A stretch of 63,059 nucleotides of DNA, filler included. It is 7 parts of 7 records of this genome, joined end to end, with 100 filler letters (N's around TTAATTAATTAA, not from the genome) between each part and the next. Parts side by side here need not be neighbours in the genome. Positions count along the whole stretch, not along the records: positions 40,896 to 47,277 come from SRR31156797_36571; positions 47,378 to 54,327 come from SRR31156797_36593; 5 more parts are not named here. One strand, 5' to 3'. The notes beneath the pieces are model-generated. The model did not search any database. It was not told the origin of the DNA and was given only the letters and a program-made list of their open reading frames with translations. A program made the translations under genes and the position numbers. How positions within the stretch are numbered: position 1 is the first letter of the stretch; each line of letters opens with the position of its first letter. Shown piece by piece: positions 43,998 through 54,427 of this stretch.

Positions 43998-44795
43998 TCA
44001 GTCATTTCCATTAGATTGCATCATTTGTTGCTGCAGCAATTCATCAATAGTAATTTCATTGTAGTCTTCAGGAATTTCAAGTTCATTTTTCATTATTGTC
44101 CTTTCAACTATTTTAATAACCTCAACATTTTCATCTTCAGGGCCATGTGATTTTAATAACAATCCTTGATCCATCAGATTCAGGTATTCATCTGAAAATT
44201 CATAGAGATCCTCATTATCAACGTTTGGCATTATCTTAGACAATATTTCATGAACTTTTCTGCCATCGTAATCATGTTCCAGATCAATGTTTTTTGATAT
44301 CCACACTGATTTTTTAAGATTATCTTCAATTAAAATTGAATATTTTTCAGCAGAATATCCAGCTAATTCGACCTTCTCATTAGTATTTATAATTTTTATG
44401 TTTAACGAACTTAACTCTTCTACGCTGGGTGAACTGTACATTTCAGCCATTCCGCCGAGCATTTCAGCATACATGACCCGTTGTGCCTCAGGAATCTGTG
44501 CCATCATATCATCCATCATTTTTTTCATGGCATTGTTCATTTCAGCGCGGAAATCATCTGGCTTTCCAAACCAATAGCTGTTCGAATTTTTCAAAATAAA
44601 AGTCATTAAACCTCTTTCGGCATCAATAAGGAAATCAAAATCATTATTGGTATATTTTACCATGTGATTTTCGATGAGCATTACATCATAATTAATGATG
44701 CCATCTGAATCGCTAATCCTGTATGTAATCTCCCAGCCCGCTGTTAAGCTAATCGTAAATAATGCTAACAAGATTGTAAAAATTGATTTTTTCAT
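43998..44795 (-). CDS. Exported protein, DUF4412-like
   Basis: Signal peptide; ELAGYSAEKY motif; EIPEDY near the C-terminus. Confidence 0.6.
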   Translation of the reverse strand: MKKSIFTILLALFTISLTAGWEITYRISDSDGIINYDVMLIENHMVKYTNNDFDFLIDAERGLMTFILKNSNSYWFGKPDDFRAEMNNAMKKMMDDMMAQIPEAQRVMYAEMLGGMAEMYSSPSVEELSSLNIKIINTNEKVELAGYSAEKYSILIEDNLKKSVWISKNIDLEHDYDGRKVHEILSKIMPNVDNEDLYEFSDEYLNLMDQGLLLKSHGPEDENVEVIKIVERTIMKNELEIPEDYNEITIDELLQQQMMQSNGND

Positions 44796-44946
44796 AGCCT
44801 AATTTATTGTGTAGTGAATGGTTATTAAGTAATGAAATCTCCGATAATTAATGAAAGAATATGTGCCAAAATTAAAAAATTTAATTGCTGGCTTTTGTCA
44901 ATCGAAAAAAAATATACTTTTGCACCTCAAAATTTAGAAGGATATT

Positions 44947-45633
44947 ATGGCTAAAAATACCACAAGAGCAGAGGAAAACATTCAAGCAGTTGAGGAGGCG
45001 CTGAGTAAAACCGAACAATTCATTGAAGACAACCAGAAACCGATCCTCACCGTAATAGGAATTTTGGTGTTAGTTATACTTGCATACTTTGGTTTTCAGA
45101 GGTTTTATCTGAAACCAAAAGAAGTAAATGCTCAGGAACAAATTTTTATGGCGGAGAAATATTTTGAGCAGGATTCACTTGATTTGGCGCTTAATGGAGA
45201 TGGAATTTATCCTGGTTTTCTTGATATAATGGAAGATTACAAATGGACTAAATCCGCAAACCTAGCTAAATATTATACCGGGGTAATCTACATGAAAAAG
45301 GGTAATTTCGAAGAAGCGATCATTTATCTTGAAGACTTTGATGGAGGTGACGAACTTGTGGAACCCATGGCCCTCGGGGCTTTGGGCGATTGTTATCTTG
45401 AGTTGGGAGAACCAGATAAAGCTGTTGCACATTATCTGCAAGCTGCTGATTATTCAGAAAATGAAATTACCTCACCTGCCTTTCTCATGAAAGCAGCTTG
45501 GGTAAGTGAATTGAATGATAATTATGAAAAAGCAGTGAAGTTTTATAATCGCATCAAAACAGAATATTCAAAAAGCCAGGAGGCACGGGAAATAGATAAG
45601 TTTATTGCCCATGCAGAGGGTATGATTAGATAA
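44947..45633 (+). CDS. Membrane-anchored TPR protein
   Basis: N-terminal TM helix plus TPR repeats; Bacteroidota TAnnTTTG promoter element at 44915-44922. Confidence 0.8.
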   Translation: MAKNTTRAEENIQAVEEALSKTEQFIEDNQKPILTVIGILVLVILAYFGFQRFYLKPKEVNAQEQIFMAEKYFEQDSLDLALNGDGIYPGFLDIMEDYKWTKSANLAKYYTGVIYMKKGNFEEAIIYLEDFDGGDELVEPMALGALGDCYLELGEPDKAVAHYLQAADYSENEITSPAFLMKAAWVSELNDNYEKAVKFYNRIKTEYSKSQEAREIDKFIAHAEGMIR

Positions 45634-45651
45634 TATTTTCATATTTAGACC

Positions 45652-45685
45652 AAAAACCTGTTCATTTATGAGCAGGTTTTTTTTT
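45652..45685 (+). terminator. Intrinsic terminator
   Basis: AAAAACCTGTTCA-TTTA-TGAGCAGGTTTTTTTTT. Confidence 0.8.
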
Positions 45686-45698
45686 ACAGGGAGGTATT

Positions 45699-46670
45699 AT
45701 GGAAAGACGAAAATTAAAAATTGTTTTTATGGGAACACCGGAGTTTGCAGTCGCTTCGTTGTCTAAAATTATTGATGCTGGATATGAGGTTGTTGGTGTT
45801 GTTACGGCCCCTGATAAACCATCAGGTAGAGGTAAAAAGATAACGAAATCACCTGTTAAAGAGTTTTCTGAGTATCATGGGCTTAAAATTCTTCAACCCT
45901 GGAATTTAAAAGATGCTGATTTTATTGATGAATATCGTTCACTCAATGCCAATATTGGAGTTGTTGTTGCTTTCAGGATGTTGCCAAAGGTAATTTGGAC
46001 CTTCCCTGAATATGGTACATTCAATTTACACGCTTCTTTGCTTCCTGACTACAGAGGTGCTGCACCAATACATCACGCAATTATAAATGGAGAGAAAGTT
46101 ACGGGTGTTACTACTTTTTTTCTTAGACATGAAATAGATACAGGTGATGTAATTTTACAGGAAAAGGTTCAGATAGGAGATTGTGAAACAACAGGTGAAC
46201 TCTACCAAAAGTTAATGGGAATTGGTGCTAAGCTAGTGGTCAAGACTTTAAAGCATGTAGAGATAAATAATTATGAACTAACAAAGCAATCTGAATTGGT
46301 GCCAGCGAATAAAATTCTTCATCCAGCACCTAAAATTTCTAAAGATGATACTAAAATTGACTGGAATAAAACAACTGTCGAGATATACAATAAAATCAGG
46401 GGGCTTAATCCAAAACCAGGAGCTTCAACCGAATTGATTAATCCTGATGGCAAGAGAATGGAAATAAAAATATATAGCACTTCGCAAATAAATGAAAAAA
46501 TCACTGGCCTTCCCGGAGAACTCCGCACTGACCAAAAATCCTTTTTATCGGTTAAGACAGCCGATGGAGAATTAGGAGTTATCGAACTTCAAATGCAAGG
46601 GCGAAAAAGGATGAAAACATCAGATTTTCTCAATGGAATAAAAATTGATAATCAGTGGAAAGCTCTTTAA
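45699..46670 (+). CDS. fmt: Methionyl-tRNA formyltransferase
   Basis: FMGTPEFA, NLHASLLPDYRGAAP. Confidence 0.96.
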   Translation: MERRKLKIVFMGTPEFAVASLSKIIDAGYEVVGVVTAPDKPSGRGKKITKSPVKEFSEYHGLKILQPWNLKDADFIDEYRSLNANIGVVVAFRMLPKVIWTFPEYGTFNLHASLLPDYRGAAPIHHAIINGEKVTGVTTFFLRHEIDTGDVILQEKVQIGDCETTGELYQKLMGIGAKLVVKTLKHVEINNYELTKQSELVPANKILHPAPKISKDDTKIDWNKTTVEIYNKIRGLNPKPGASTELINPDGKRMEIKIYSTSQINEKITGLPGELRTDQKSFLSVKTADGELGVIELQMQGRKRMKTSDFLNGIKIDNQWKAL

Positions 46671-46779
46671 TTTAATCATGGTAACTCTCTATTATGACTT
46701 CATTTAAGATTTTTTAACTACACTTATCAACAAATCCTGACTTTTATTAACACCTATAAGACTTTTTAACATGTATACC

Positions 46780-46809
46780 TTGCTATTTTTGAGATTAGGC
46801 TTATATTTG
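46780..46809 (+). promoter_or_regulatory. Bacteroidota -33/-7 promoter of the HU gene
   Basis: TTG-19 nt-TATATTTG. Confidence 0.65.
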
Positions 46810-46851
46810 CGATGATAACAAATTTTTATTGTTAACCAAAAAATTTATAAC

Positions 46852-47124
46852 ATGAACAAAGCAGAATTAATTGACGCGATGGCAGCAGATGCAGGTTTAA
46901 CCAAAGCTGATGCTAAGAAAGCACTTGATGCTTTTATTAAGACTACCACCGATGCACTTGCAAAAGATGATAGGGTTGCACTAGTTGGATTTGGATCTTT
47001 TAGTGTTTCAACCCGTGCAGCTAGAACTGGTAGAAACCCACAAACAGGTCAGGAATTAAAGATAGCAGCTAAGAAAGTTGTTAAATTTAAGCCTGGTAAT
47101 GAACTTGCTGAAAAGGTAAGCTAA
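46852..47124 (+). CDS. hup: DNA-binding protein HU
   Basis: MNKAELI...GFGSF...GRNPQTG. Confidence 0.96.
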   Translation: MNKAELIDAMAADAGLTKADAKKALDAFIKTTTDALAKDDRVALVGFGSFSVSTRAARTGRNPQTGQELKIAAKKVVKFKPGNELAEKVS

Positions 47125-47146
47125 AAGTATACTTATAGCCAAAATA

Positions 47147-47176
47147 AAACCCCGGTATTATATATCGGGGTTTTTT
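47147..47176. terminator. Bidirectional terminator after hup
   Basis: AAACCCCGGTAT...ATATCGGGGTTTTTT. Confidence 0.75.
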
Positions 47177-47277
47177 AATATATATCTGTACAAAAGTTTA
47201 GTGTCGTTACCTGCATAATCGATTCCAATTCTCGGAGTGGAAATTATATTAGTCGCCCCTTAACAACACCTCTTGAA
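47158..47277 (-). pseudogene. 3' fragment of a 3-methyladenine DNA glycosylase (MPG)-like gene, apparently frameshifted
   Basis: Minus strand reads IISTPRIGIDYAGNDTKLLYRY...*, like MPG C-termini; an in-frame TAA lies just upstream, where the adjacent frame reads SRGVVK. Confidence 0.5.
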
Positions 47278-47377
47278 NNNNNNNNNNNNNNNNNNNNNNN
47301 NNNNNNNNNNNNNNNNNNNNNTTAATTAATTAANNNNNNNNNNNNNNNNNNNNNNNNNNNNNNNNNNNNNNNNNNNN
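47278..47377. other. Artificial contig spacer
   Basis: N44-TTAATTAATTAA-N44. Confidence 0.98.
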
Positions 47378-47379
47378 TA

Positions 47380-47994
47380 TTGACCTTGCCATTGGCCGAA
47401 AAAGCGGCCCATGTCACGACTGTGGAACCCTCGGAGGCGATGATGGATGTCATGCGGGAAAGGGCGGCGGATCGCGGTCTGTCCAACATTGATTTTATCC
47501 AAGAAACTTGGGATGACGTAGAGGTTTCCCGGGATATTCCTGAAGATTTCTACGACCTTGTTCTAGCCTCCTATTCATTGCTGATGATGGACATCCATAA
47601 CTCTGTCGTAAAAATGCAACAGGCCTCGTCCCGGTATATACACCTGATCTGGTTCGCCGGCCCCCAAACCTGGGATGACTTTGCCGGAGAACTATGGCCG
47701 GCCATGCACCAAAGGGAGTACATCGCAGGCCCCAGGTGCGATATCCTGTTCAACGTCCTTTATCAAATGGGGATTTATCCCAACGTCAGCAGCTTTCAGT
47801 CATGTTTCAAGGAGCGGTTTGCCGACATGGAAGAGGCCGTAAAGTATTACGGACCAAAATACGGCGCTTCTGCCGATGAGAAGAAAGCGATCCTGCGGCG
47901 GAGCCTGGAAAAAACGCTGGAAGAAGAGGACGGAGTGTTAAATTTTGTTCATCGTATGCAATGCATGCATATCTGGTGGGAAAAAGGCCTCTGA
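47380..47994 (+). CDS. Class I SAM-dependent methyltransferase (5' truncated)
   Basis: LTLPLA..VTTVEPSEAM, YDLVLASYSL, LYQMGIYPNV. Confidence 0.8.
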   Translation: MTLPLAEKAAHVTTVEPSEAMMDVMRERAADRGLSNIDFIQETWDDVEVSRDIPEDFYDLVLASYSLLMMDIHNSVVKMQQASSRYIHLIWFAGPQTWDDFAGELWPAMHQREYIAGPRCDILFNVLYQMGIYPNVSSFQSCFKERFADMEEAVKYYGPKYGASADEKKAILRRSLEKTLEEEDGVLNFVHRMQCMHIWWEKGL

Positions 47995-48033
47995 TACTGT
48001 TAATTGCGGCGCAGGTTTGTTGAAGGAGTTGAT

Positions 48034-49227
48034 ATGATAAGATCAAAATTCGTTATAATAATATTTTTGCTGACAGCTTTCATTTTATTGCTCCCGGGCG
48101 GCTACATACTGGCCGATGAAAGCTTTAGAACGGTTGTGGACAGCCGCGGGGTGGAAGTCAAAGTCCCCGGGCAGATAAACAAAATAGTCACAATCAGCGA
48201 CGGACTGGTAGAAAGCACTCTTATCGCCCTCGGAGAGATAGATAAACTTGCGGCCGTCGGTTCCCAGTGTCTTCAAAACAATTATGAATACGACTACCCA
48301 TCAGTTACGGGCGATACCATTACCCGTACGAACGGAATGAATACCGCGACTTTTCTTCATCAGCGGATAATGGACCTGCCCCGGATCGCCAGTTGGAACA
48401 CGGCGCCAAACTTTGAAAAAATAGCCTCTTTAAAGCCTGACCTGATGATAGTGCGGGTCGGTTCCTGCTGGATGTGGGGCGAATCCGAGGATATTCCAAA
48501 GGCTATAAATACCCTGGAAGACCTGGGAATACCCCTGGTTGTCCTTCACAGCCCTCAAAATTACGATCCGCCGACAATGTCTCATCTGTCAGATGAAATT
48601 CGTATCATCGGCCGGATTTTCGGCAAGGAAAACAAAGCCGACGCATTGGCCCGATACCTGGAAAGCCGGATACAATTTGTATTCAACAGAACCAGGGATA
48701 TTCCCGAAAATGAAAAGCCCCGGGTCCTGTTGTTCGGACTTTCGCCGCGCACCCGTGAATCCGGCGGCGCGGGCAACGTTCACGGTTTGGATGCCGGCGA
48801 GTCTTATTTACTTGAGGAAATCGTTCATGCCCGCAATGCCTTCCGGGGAAAGGGCAGCCAGAAAACATTTACGGCCGAACATATCCTGGCTCTAAATCCC
48901 GATGTTATTATATTACCAACCGATTGGGGATACCATCCTCCCGAGGAGCTTCTTGAAGCGCCCTACTACAAAAATCTTAGCGAACTCAAGGCGGTCAAGA
49001 ATCGTCGTGTAGCCGCTCTGCCCTGGACGCCTTGCAATTGCGACCGACGGATTGAATACCCGATAGATGTTATGGTAATGGCTTTGGCTGCTTACCCCGA
49101 AAAGTTTGCGGATATTAACCTGGCCGACTGGCTGTTGGAATTTTACCAAAAGGTTTACGGGGTGGATAAAGAGACAGCGGCCAAATTAAGAATGGTTCAA
49201 TTCATGGAGTGGACCATGCCAAAATAA
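48034..49227 (+). CDS. Iron/cobalamin-type ABC transporter substrate-binding protein
   Basis: Signal peptide; VVDSRGVEVKVP, NFEKIASLKPDL, ALNPDVII, AVKN. Confidence 0.85.
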   Translation: MIRSKFVIIIFLLTAFILLLPGGYILADESFRTVVDSRGVEVKVPGQINKIVTISDGLVESTLIALGEIDKLAAVGSQCLQNNYEYDYPSVTGDTITRTNGMNTATFLHQRIMDLPRIASWNTAPNFEKIASLKPDLMIVRVGSCWMWGESEDIPKAINTLEDLGIPLVVLHSPQNYDPPTMSHLSDEIRIIGRIFGKENKADALARYLESRIQFVFNRTRDIPENEKPRVLLFGLSPRTRESGGAGNVHGLDAGESYLLEEIVHARNAFRGKGSQKTFTAEHILALNPDVIILPTDWGYHPPEELLEAPYYKNLSELKAVKNRRVAALPWTPCNCDRRIEYPIDVMVMALAAYPEKFADINLADWLLEFYQKVYGVDKETAAKLRMVQFMEWTMPK

Positions 49228-49281
49228 CTTGTTTCGGCTGGTAGAGATCGGCCGATAACGGACCTGTAAATTGGGCTTAAA

Positions 49282-49797
49282 ATGACTAGTAAACATCGGC
49301 GTGTATTCATGATCATTTTATTTTCGGCCTTCACGCTTTATTCCTGCGGTGAAGGAGGACAGGGCGGGAATGCCGGGGACCAGGGGCGCAAGACCTTCCC
49401 CCCGGGCTGGAATCAGGTTATCCGGATTGCCCATACCAATATCATGATCGACAAACCAGCCATAACTCTGTTTGTTGGTCGTGATGATAAGAATTATCTG
49501 GCCGTCGCCATTTTAAAAAAGAATCTCCGGCAGGGATACGAAGACCGGGCCGACGGGCGGAACGCCACCGCCCGCATGCTGGGCAAAGCCAGGTCCGGTC
49601 AGCAAACCTATACCGAAATGTCCGACAAGGATACGATGGTCCGGATAAAAATTATACAATTGGATTCGGACCTGCGGAAAGCCGTAATATGGTTTAAAGC
49701 CAGACTGGTTGATACCAATACAAACAACCGGTTTTTGGAGGTTGAAACAACCGTCGTTATTGATGGTGATAAATTTTCGAGGCTGTTGGCGCCTTGA
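49282..49797 (+). CDS. Hypothetical lipoprotein
   Basis: Basic N-terminus, hydrophobic stretch, LYSC lipobox-like motif. Confidence 0.6.
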   Translation: MTSKHRRVFMIILFSAFTLYSCGEGGQGGNAGDQGRKTFPPGWNQVIRIAHTNIMIDKPAITLFVGRDDKNYLAVAILKKNLRQGYEDRADGRNATARMLGKARSGQQTYTEMSDKDTMVRIKIIQLDSDLRKAVIWFKARLVDTNTNNRFLEVETTVVIDGDKFSRLLAP

Positions 49798-50138
49798 AAG
49801 TCGGGCCTGAACGCTTCAAACTCCGTTTGATGCAGTTCCGGCTAATATGCCTGTTAAGCTATGATTGCTCTAAAAAACTGCGGCCTTGGTTTGATTCGCA
49901 GCCCGGTGGATCTTCTACCTGGCAGGTAAAGTCAAGGAAGTTATTGTCAGCGAATTAATAGACCCCCGTAAAGGTCCGCTACTAACGTTAAGCTCCAGAC
50001 ACCCAATTTATTGTTCGAATTACTGCCCAACCCGAATTGGCTTCATCAATAACTCCATCCCTGTTTACAAATCCGGGCGCCAAAAGAGAAGAATCATATT
50101 TTTTATTATGTTAAGCATTTTCATCAGGAGGTGATTAT

Positions 50139-50990
50139 ATGGAATGGTTGAAGAAACTCAGCCTGGCAATCGATTATATGGAAGACAATTTGGAAGGCGA
50201 CATTTCCTACGAAGAAGCCGCCAAAATCGCCTGCTGTTCAACCTATTACTTTCAGAGAATGTTTTCCTATGTCGCAGGCATCCCATTGTCTGAATATATT
50301 CGCCGCAGAAGAATGACCAAAGCGGCTTTTGAATTACAGGCGAGCAAGGCCAAGGTTATAGATATCGGTTCAAAGTATGGCTATTTTTCGCCGTCTTCAT
50401 TTAATCGCGCCTTTCAAAACGTACATGGGGTCGCTCCAAGCGCCGCCCGAAGGGAGGGCGTTGTCCTGAAATCTTATCCTCGCATCGATTTTTCTATCAA
50501 TGTTACCGGAGATGAGAGCCTCAGGTACCGGATTGAAACCAAGGGTCAGGTTAGAATAGTGGGAGTCAGAATCGGATTGCAGGAGGATATGGAGCAAAAC
50601 TTCAGAATTGCTCCGGCCTTTTGGGAAGCAACTTTAAAAAGTAAATCATTTTCAGAAATCCGCGAATTAGCAAACCAGGAGCCTCATGGCGTTTTAGGCG
50701 TTACCGTTTATGAAAACCCTGATGAAATCCATTATTACATAGCAGCCGCCACGGACAGGGGCGTCCCCGGTAATATGCATGAATATATAATTCCGGCCGC
50801 GACATGGGTAATCTTTGAATGTGCCGGTAAGCCGCCTGATTCAATTCAGAAAATTTTCAAGAGATTTCTCACGGAATGGCTTCCGCTTTCAGGTTATGAA
50901 TATGCTGAATTGCCCGATGTTGAAGTGTATCCCGTCAGCAGTCATGAATCTAAGAGCAAACGTTCCGAAGTCTGGATTGCAGTTAGATAA
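50139..50990 (+). CDS. AraC-family regulator with GyrI-like effector domain
   Basis: AIDYMEDNL...EYIRRRRMT...SFNRAF plus a GyrI-like C-domain; AGGAGGTG RBS. Confidence 0.9.
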   Translation: MEWLKKLSLAIDYMEDNLEGDISYEEAAKIACCSTYYFQRMFSYVAGIPLSEYIRRRRMTKAAFELQASKAKVIDIGSKYGYFSPSSFNRAFQNVHGVAPSAARREGVVLKSYPRIDFSINVTGDESLRYRIETKGQVRIVGVRIGLQEDMEQNFRIAPAFWEATLKSKSFSEIRELANQEPHGVLGVTVYENPDEIHYYIAAATDRGVPGNMHEYIIPAATWVIFECAGKPPDSIQKIFKRFLTEWLPLSGYEYAELPDVEVYPVSSHESKSKRSEVWIAVR

Positions 50991-51038
50991 GCGGAATAAC
51001 TAAAGGATTAATTGGGATTAGAACAGAGGATGAAAAAT

Positions 51039-52001
51039 ATGCAGGCAATTGAAATCGACAAACTGGCCAAGCAATACAAAAACGGCGTCAGAGCACTGGA
51101 TGATTTGAGTTTAAATGTTAAAAGAGGGGAAATTTTCTCATTACTGGGGCCGAACGGGGCTGGGAAATCGTCTCTTATCAAAATTCTGACCACATTCTAC
51201 AAGCCCAGTTCCGGAAAAGTAAATATGCTGGGGAAGGATTTGTGCAAAGAGCCGGCCTGGGTTCGAAAACAGATCGCTTGTGTTGCTCAGCAGGTTTCCA
51301 TTGACGCCCACTTGTCCCTAATGGAAAACATGATGTTTCAAAGTAAGATGTATGGGGTGGATGTATGGACGGCTAAGGAAAGAACAAAGTCCCTGATTGA
51401 AAGCTTTGAGCTTTCCACTTACTTGAAACGCCCCACCGCGTCTTATTCGGGCGGGGTGAAGCGCAGGCTGGATATTGCCATGAACATGGTTTCCTTGCCG
51501 AAAATTCTATTTTTGGATGAGCCTACAACGGGCATGGACGTCGCGTCCCGAAAAGCGCTTTGGAAAATGCTGCTGAAGATCAGGGATGAATATGAAACAA
51601 CCATTTTTCTTACAACCCATTACCTTGAGGAGGCCGACCAGTTGAGCGACTCCATTTGTATAATAAAGGATGGTAAAGAATTGGCCCGGGGAACCCCCGC
51701 ATGCTTACGCGGCGTCACCGGGCAGAAAATGCTTCGTATTGGATTGATCGATTCCAATGGAATAAAGAGATGCCGGGAAATCCTTGACCGTATGGAGCTT
51801 GTCAAGTCCACCCGGGTGCGGGGCGCCTCGGTTTTGGCGGTAGTGGATGACTGCGGGCCGGCTTTTAAAAGCGTGAATAAAATGCTTTTGGATTATCAAC
51901 TGGAGTTTGATGCTGTCGAAATTGTTGAACCCAGCCTGGAAGACGTTTTCCTGGAATTAACGGGTTCGGAAGAGCACAACAGGGAGGAACGGGCATGCTG
52001 A
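51039..52001 (+). CDS. ABC exporter ATP-binding protein (DrrA-like)
   Basis: GPNGAGKS, YSGG, FLDEPTTG, TTHYLEEA. Confidence 0.92.
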   Translation: MQAIEIDKLAKQYKNGVRALDDLSLNVKRGEIFSLLGPNGAGKSSLIKILTTFYKPSSGKVNMLGKDLCKEPAWVRKQIACVAQQVSIDAHLSLMENMMFQSKMYGVDVWTAKERTKSLIESFELSTYLKRPTASYSGGVKRRLDIAMNMVSLPKILFLDEPTTGMDVASRKALWKMLLKIRDEYETTIFLTTHYLEEADQLSDSICIIKDGKELARGTPACLRGVTGQKMLRIGLIDSNGIKRCREILDRMELVKSTRVRGASVLAVVDDCGPAFKSVNKMLLDYQLEFDAVEIVEPSLEDVFLELTGSEEHNREERAC

Positions 52002-52744
52002 ATCTATTATGGCGAAATATGAAATGGCGATTTCAAAACCCCGTCTCCATAGCAATTACTATATTGCAGCCTCTAATCTGGCTTGTCTTGTATAGCGCCG
52101 TCGCGGGCCAAACAATGCAAAACATGGGAATAAGCAACTACACAACCTTTATTCTGCCTGGAATCATGGTGCTGGTTATTTTTACCTCCTGCAGCAGCAG
52201 TGGGATAATTAATTTTATCATGAAGGCAAACGGCAGCTATTTCAGAATTCTGATTCAGCCCGTGAGGCGCAGTTCAATTGTTTTGGGGCAAATGCTGGAA
52301 GCTGTATTGCTTTCTTTCTTTGAAATAGGGATTTTATGCGCCGTCGCCTTTTTATTTTCCGTAAAGGCGGCCTCCGGCATGGCCGGAATCGGACTTATAA
52401 TAATGCTTATCTTTATGACTGCATTTTTCATGTCCGGTCTCTCTTTTTCCATCAGTCTGTTTCTACCGAATGAAGTTATCTATGAGACAATAATGAGTGC
52501 AATTGTGTTGCCTGTATTCTTTTTGAGTTCGGCGCTTTTCCCTACGGATAATTTATCCGGAATACTGGCGGCGGTCGTGAAGCTCAATCCCTTCACCCAT
52601 ATTATTAACGCTCTGAGAACCTTATTAATCGGAGAAACAATCCTGTTGGCCGACATCCTGCCTGTCATTGCGTTACTAACCGTGATGTGCTGCGGCAGTT
52701 TTTCACTGGCGGTATGGAGGCTCAACCGAGAGACCGCCCACTGA
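51995..52744 (+). CDS. ABC-2 type permease (DrrB-like)
   Basis: Six TM segments; FILPGI, LSSALFP, LNPFTH. Confidence 0.88.
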   Translation: MLNLLWRNMKWRFQNPVSIAITILQPLIWLVLYSAVAGQTMQNMGISNYTTFILPGIMVLVIFTSCSSSGIINFIMKANGSYFRILIQPVRRSSIVLGQMLEAVLLSFFEIGILCAVAFLFSVKAASGMAGIGLIIMLIFMTAFFMSGLSFSISLFLPNEVIYETIMSAIVLPVFFLSSALFPTDNLSGILAAVVKLNPFTHIINALRTLLIGETILLADILPVIALLTVMCCGSFSLAVWRLNRETAH

Positions 52745-52799
52745 TGACTGTCGGAGAGTTTTCTTATACCGATAATTAATGATTGTAGATTAAATCTGC

Positions 52800-52853
52800 A
52801 GGGGGGCTGCATACCGTTCCATTCTCCGCATCAGAGCCCCCCCTTATTTTTTT
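52800..52853 (+). terminator. Putative terminator after the ABC permease
   Basis: GGGGGGCT...AGCCCCCC followed by TTATTTTTTT; large loop. Confidence 0.45.
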
Positions 52854-53263
52854 GATGAACGCTCTTGCCTAACAGACTCAAAGCTTTACCTTTTTACCTG
52901 CAGGCCAGATTTTTCCAGGCATACATAAACCCTCGCGCCGATAATTCTTGACTATAGACCTGATTTTCGGGAGAATACAACTATCCAAAATATTGAATAA
53001 TAGGCATTAACTCGAAATTCACCACAACTTCGGGGGCGGGCCGCGGCATCTTAAAACTATGATAAAAGTCGATTTGGCCCGATCAGATTTCAATTCTAAG
53101 GCCTGAACCGTTTATTTAGCATTCAGCTTGCGCGGGTGGAATCAAAAGACGGTCTGTTGTTCCCTTTGGGGCGTCTTCATTTACATTGTTAAATCTTTTG
53201 CAGGCGAGCTGCTGAACAGCTCAAAATCCTGCGACTAATTAAAAACCATAGGAGGTAATTTTA

Positions 53264-54327
53264 ATGGGTATGGACATGAATGTCGGTTACATGCTTACAA
53301 GACGGGCGCTTGTTACACCTGATAGGGAAGGATTAGTTTGTGAAGATGTTCGTCTGACTTTTGAGGAAATGAATGAAAGAGCAAACAGGCTGGCCAATGC
53401 CATGAAAGCCCTGGGCGTCGGGCATGGCGACCGTGTGGGCCTGTTGGCGCTTAATGTGGTGGAATATTACGATATGATGTTCGGGCTCGGAAAAATCGGG
53501 GCCATTCTTGTTCCCATCAATTACCGCCTGGCCGGTCCGGAAATGGAATTTAACCTCACCGACTGCGAGGCCAAGGTCTTTGTTTTCGGCGCCGAGTACA
53601 TTGAAATTGTCGACTCCTTCAGAAATTCCATTCCGGCCAAGGATTTTGTGGCCATAGCGGACGACCCGCCGGAATGGGCCGTATCCTATGATTCCATTAT
53701 CGGTCCGGCTAGTACTGAAGAGCCTGAACTGGCGGGCGAGGACGACGACACCCTGACCATACTTTATACTTCCGGCACCACCGGGCGCCCCAAGGGGGCC
53801 GAGCTTACTCATGCCTATTATTTCTGGAGCAATGTCAACCTGCTTGCCACGGTTGGAGAAACCGGCAACTCTTTTCTAGTCGCTCTGCCCTTGTTCCATA
53901 TCGGGGCCCTGGCCGGACCGCCTTTGTGCGTTCATATCGGCGCAAAATCGGTGTTATTGCGCACTTTTGAGCCACAGCGTTTTCTGGAATTGCTTCAGGA
54001 GGAGAATGTTAACGCCTTTGGGTCAGTGCCGGCGCTCCTGATGTTCCTGAAATTCGTGCCTGATTTTGAAAAATACGATTGGAGTTCGGTCAAGATTATC
54101 CTGGTATACGCGGCCCCGGTGCCCGTGAACCTGTTGAACGAATACGAAGAAGCCGGTATTGAAGTGAGGCAGTTGTATGGCATGACCGAAGCCAACACCG
54201 GCACGGTTCTGGACGCGGACCATGCCCATTCAAAAGCCGGCTCCTGCGGCCGGGCTTTCATCCATACTGAAATCCGCATTGTGGATATGGAAGGAAACGA
54301 TGTCGGCCCCGAAGTAACCGGCGAGTT
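53264..54327 (+). CDS. Acyl-CoA synthetase / AMP-binding enzyme (3' truncated)
   Basis: YTSGTTGRPKG, LPLFHIG, YGMTE; AGGAGG RBS. Confidence 0.9.
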
Positions 54328-54427
54328 NNNNNNNNNNNNNNNNNNNNNNNNNNNNNNNNNNNNNNNNNNNNTTAATTAATTAANNNNNNNNNNNNNNNNN
54401 NNNNNNNNNNNNNNNNNNNNNNNNNNN
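54328..54427. other. Artificial contig spacer
   Basis: N44-TTAATTAATTAA-N44. Confidence 0.98.

Noticed and set aside
49979-50116. Integron attC-like CTAAC...GTTAAGC upstream of the AraC gene
   Set aside because: No proper RYYYAAC match, no internal dyad symmetry and no second site after the cassette.
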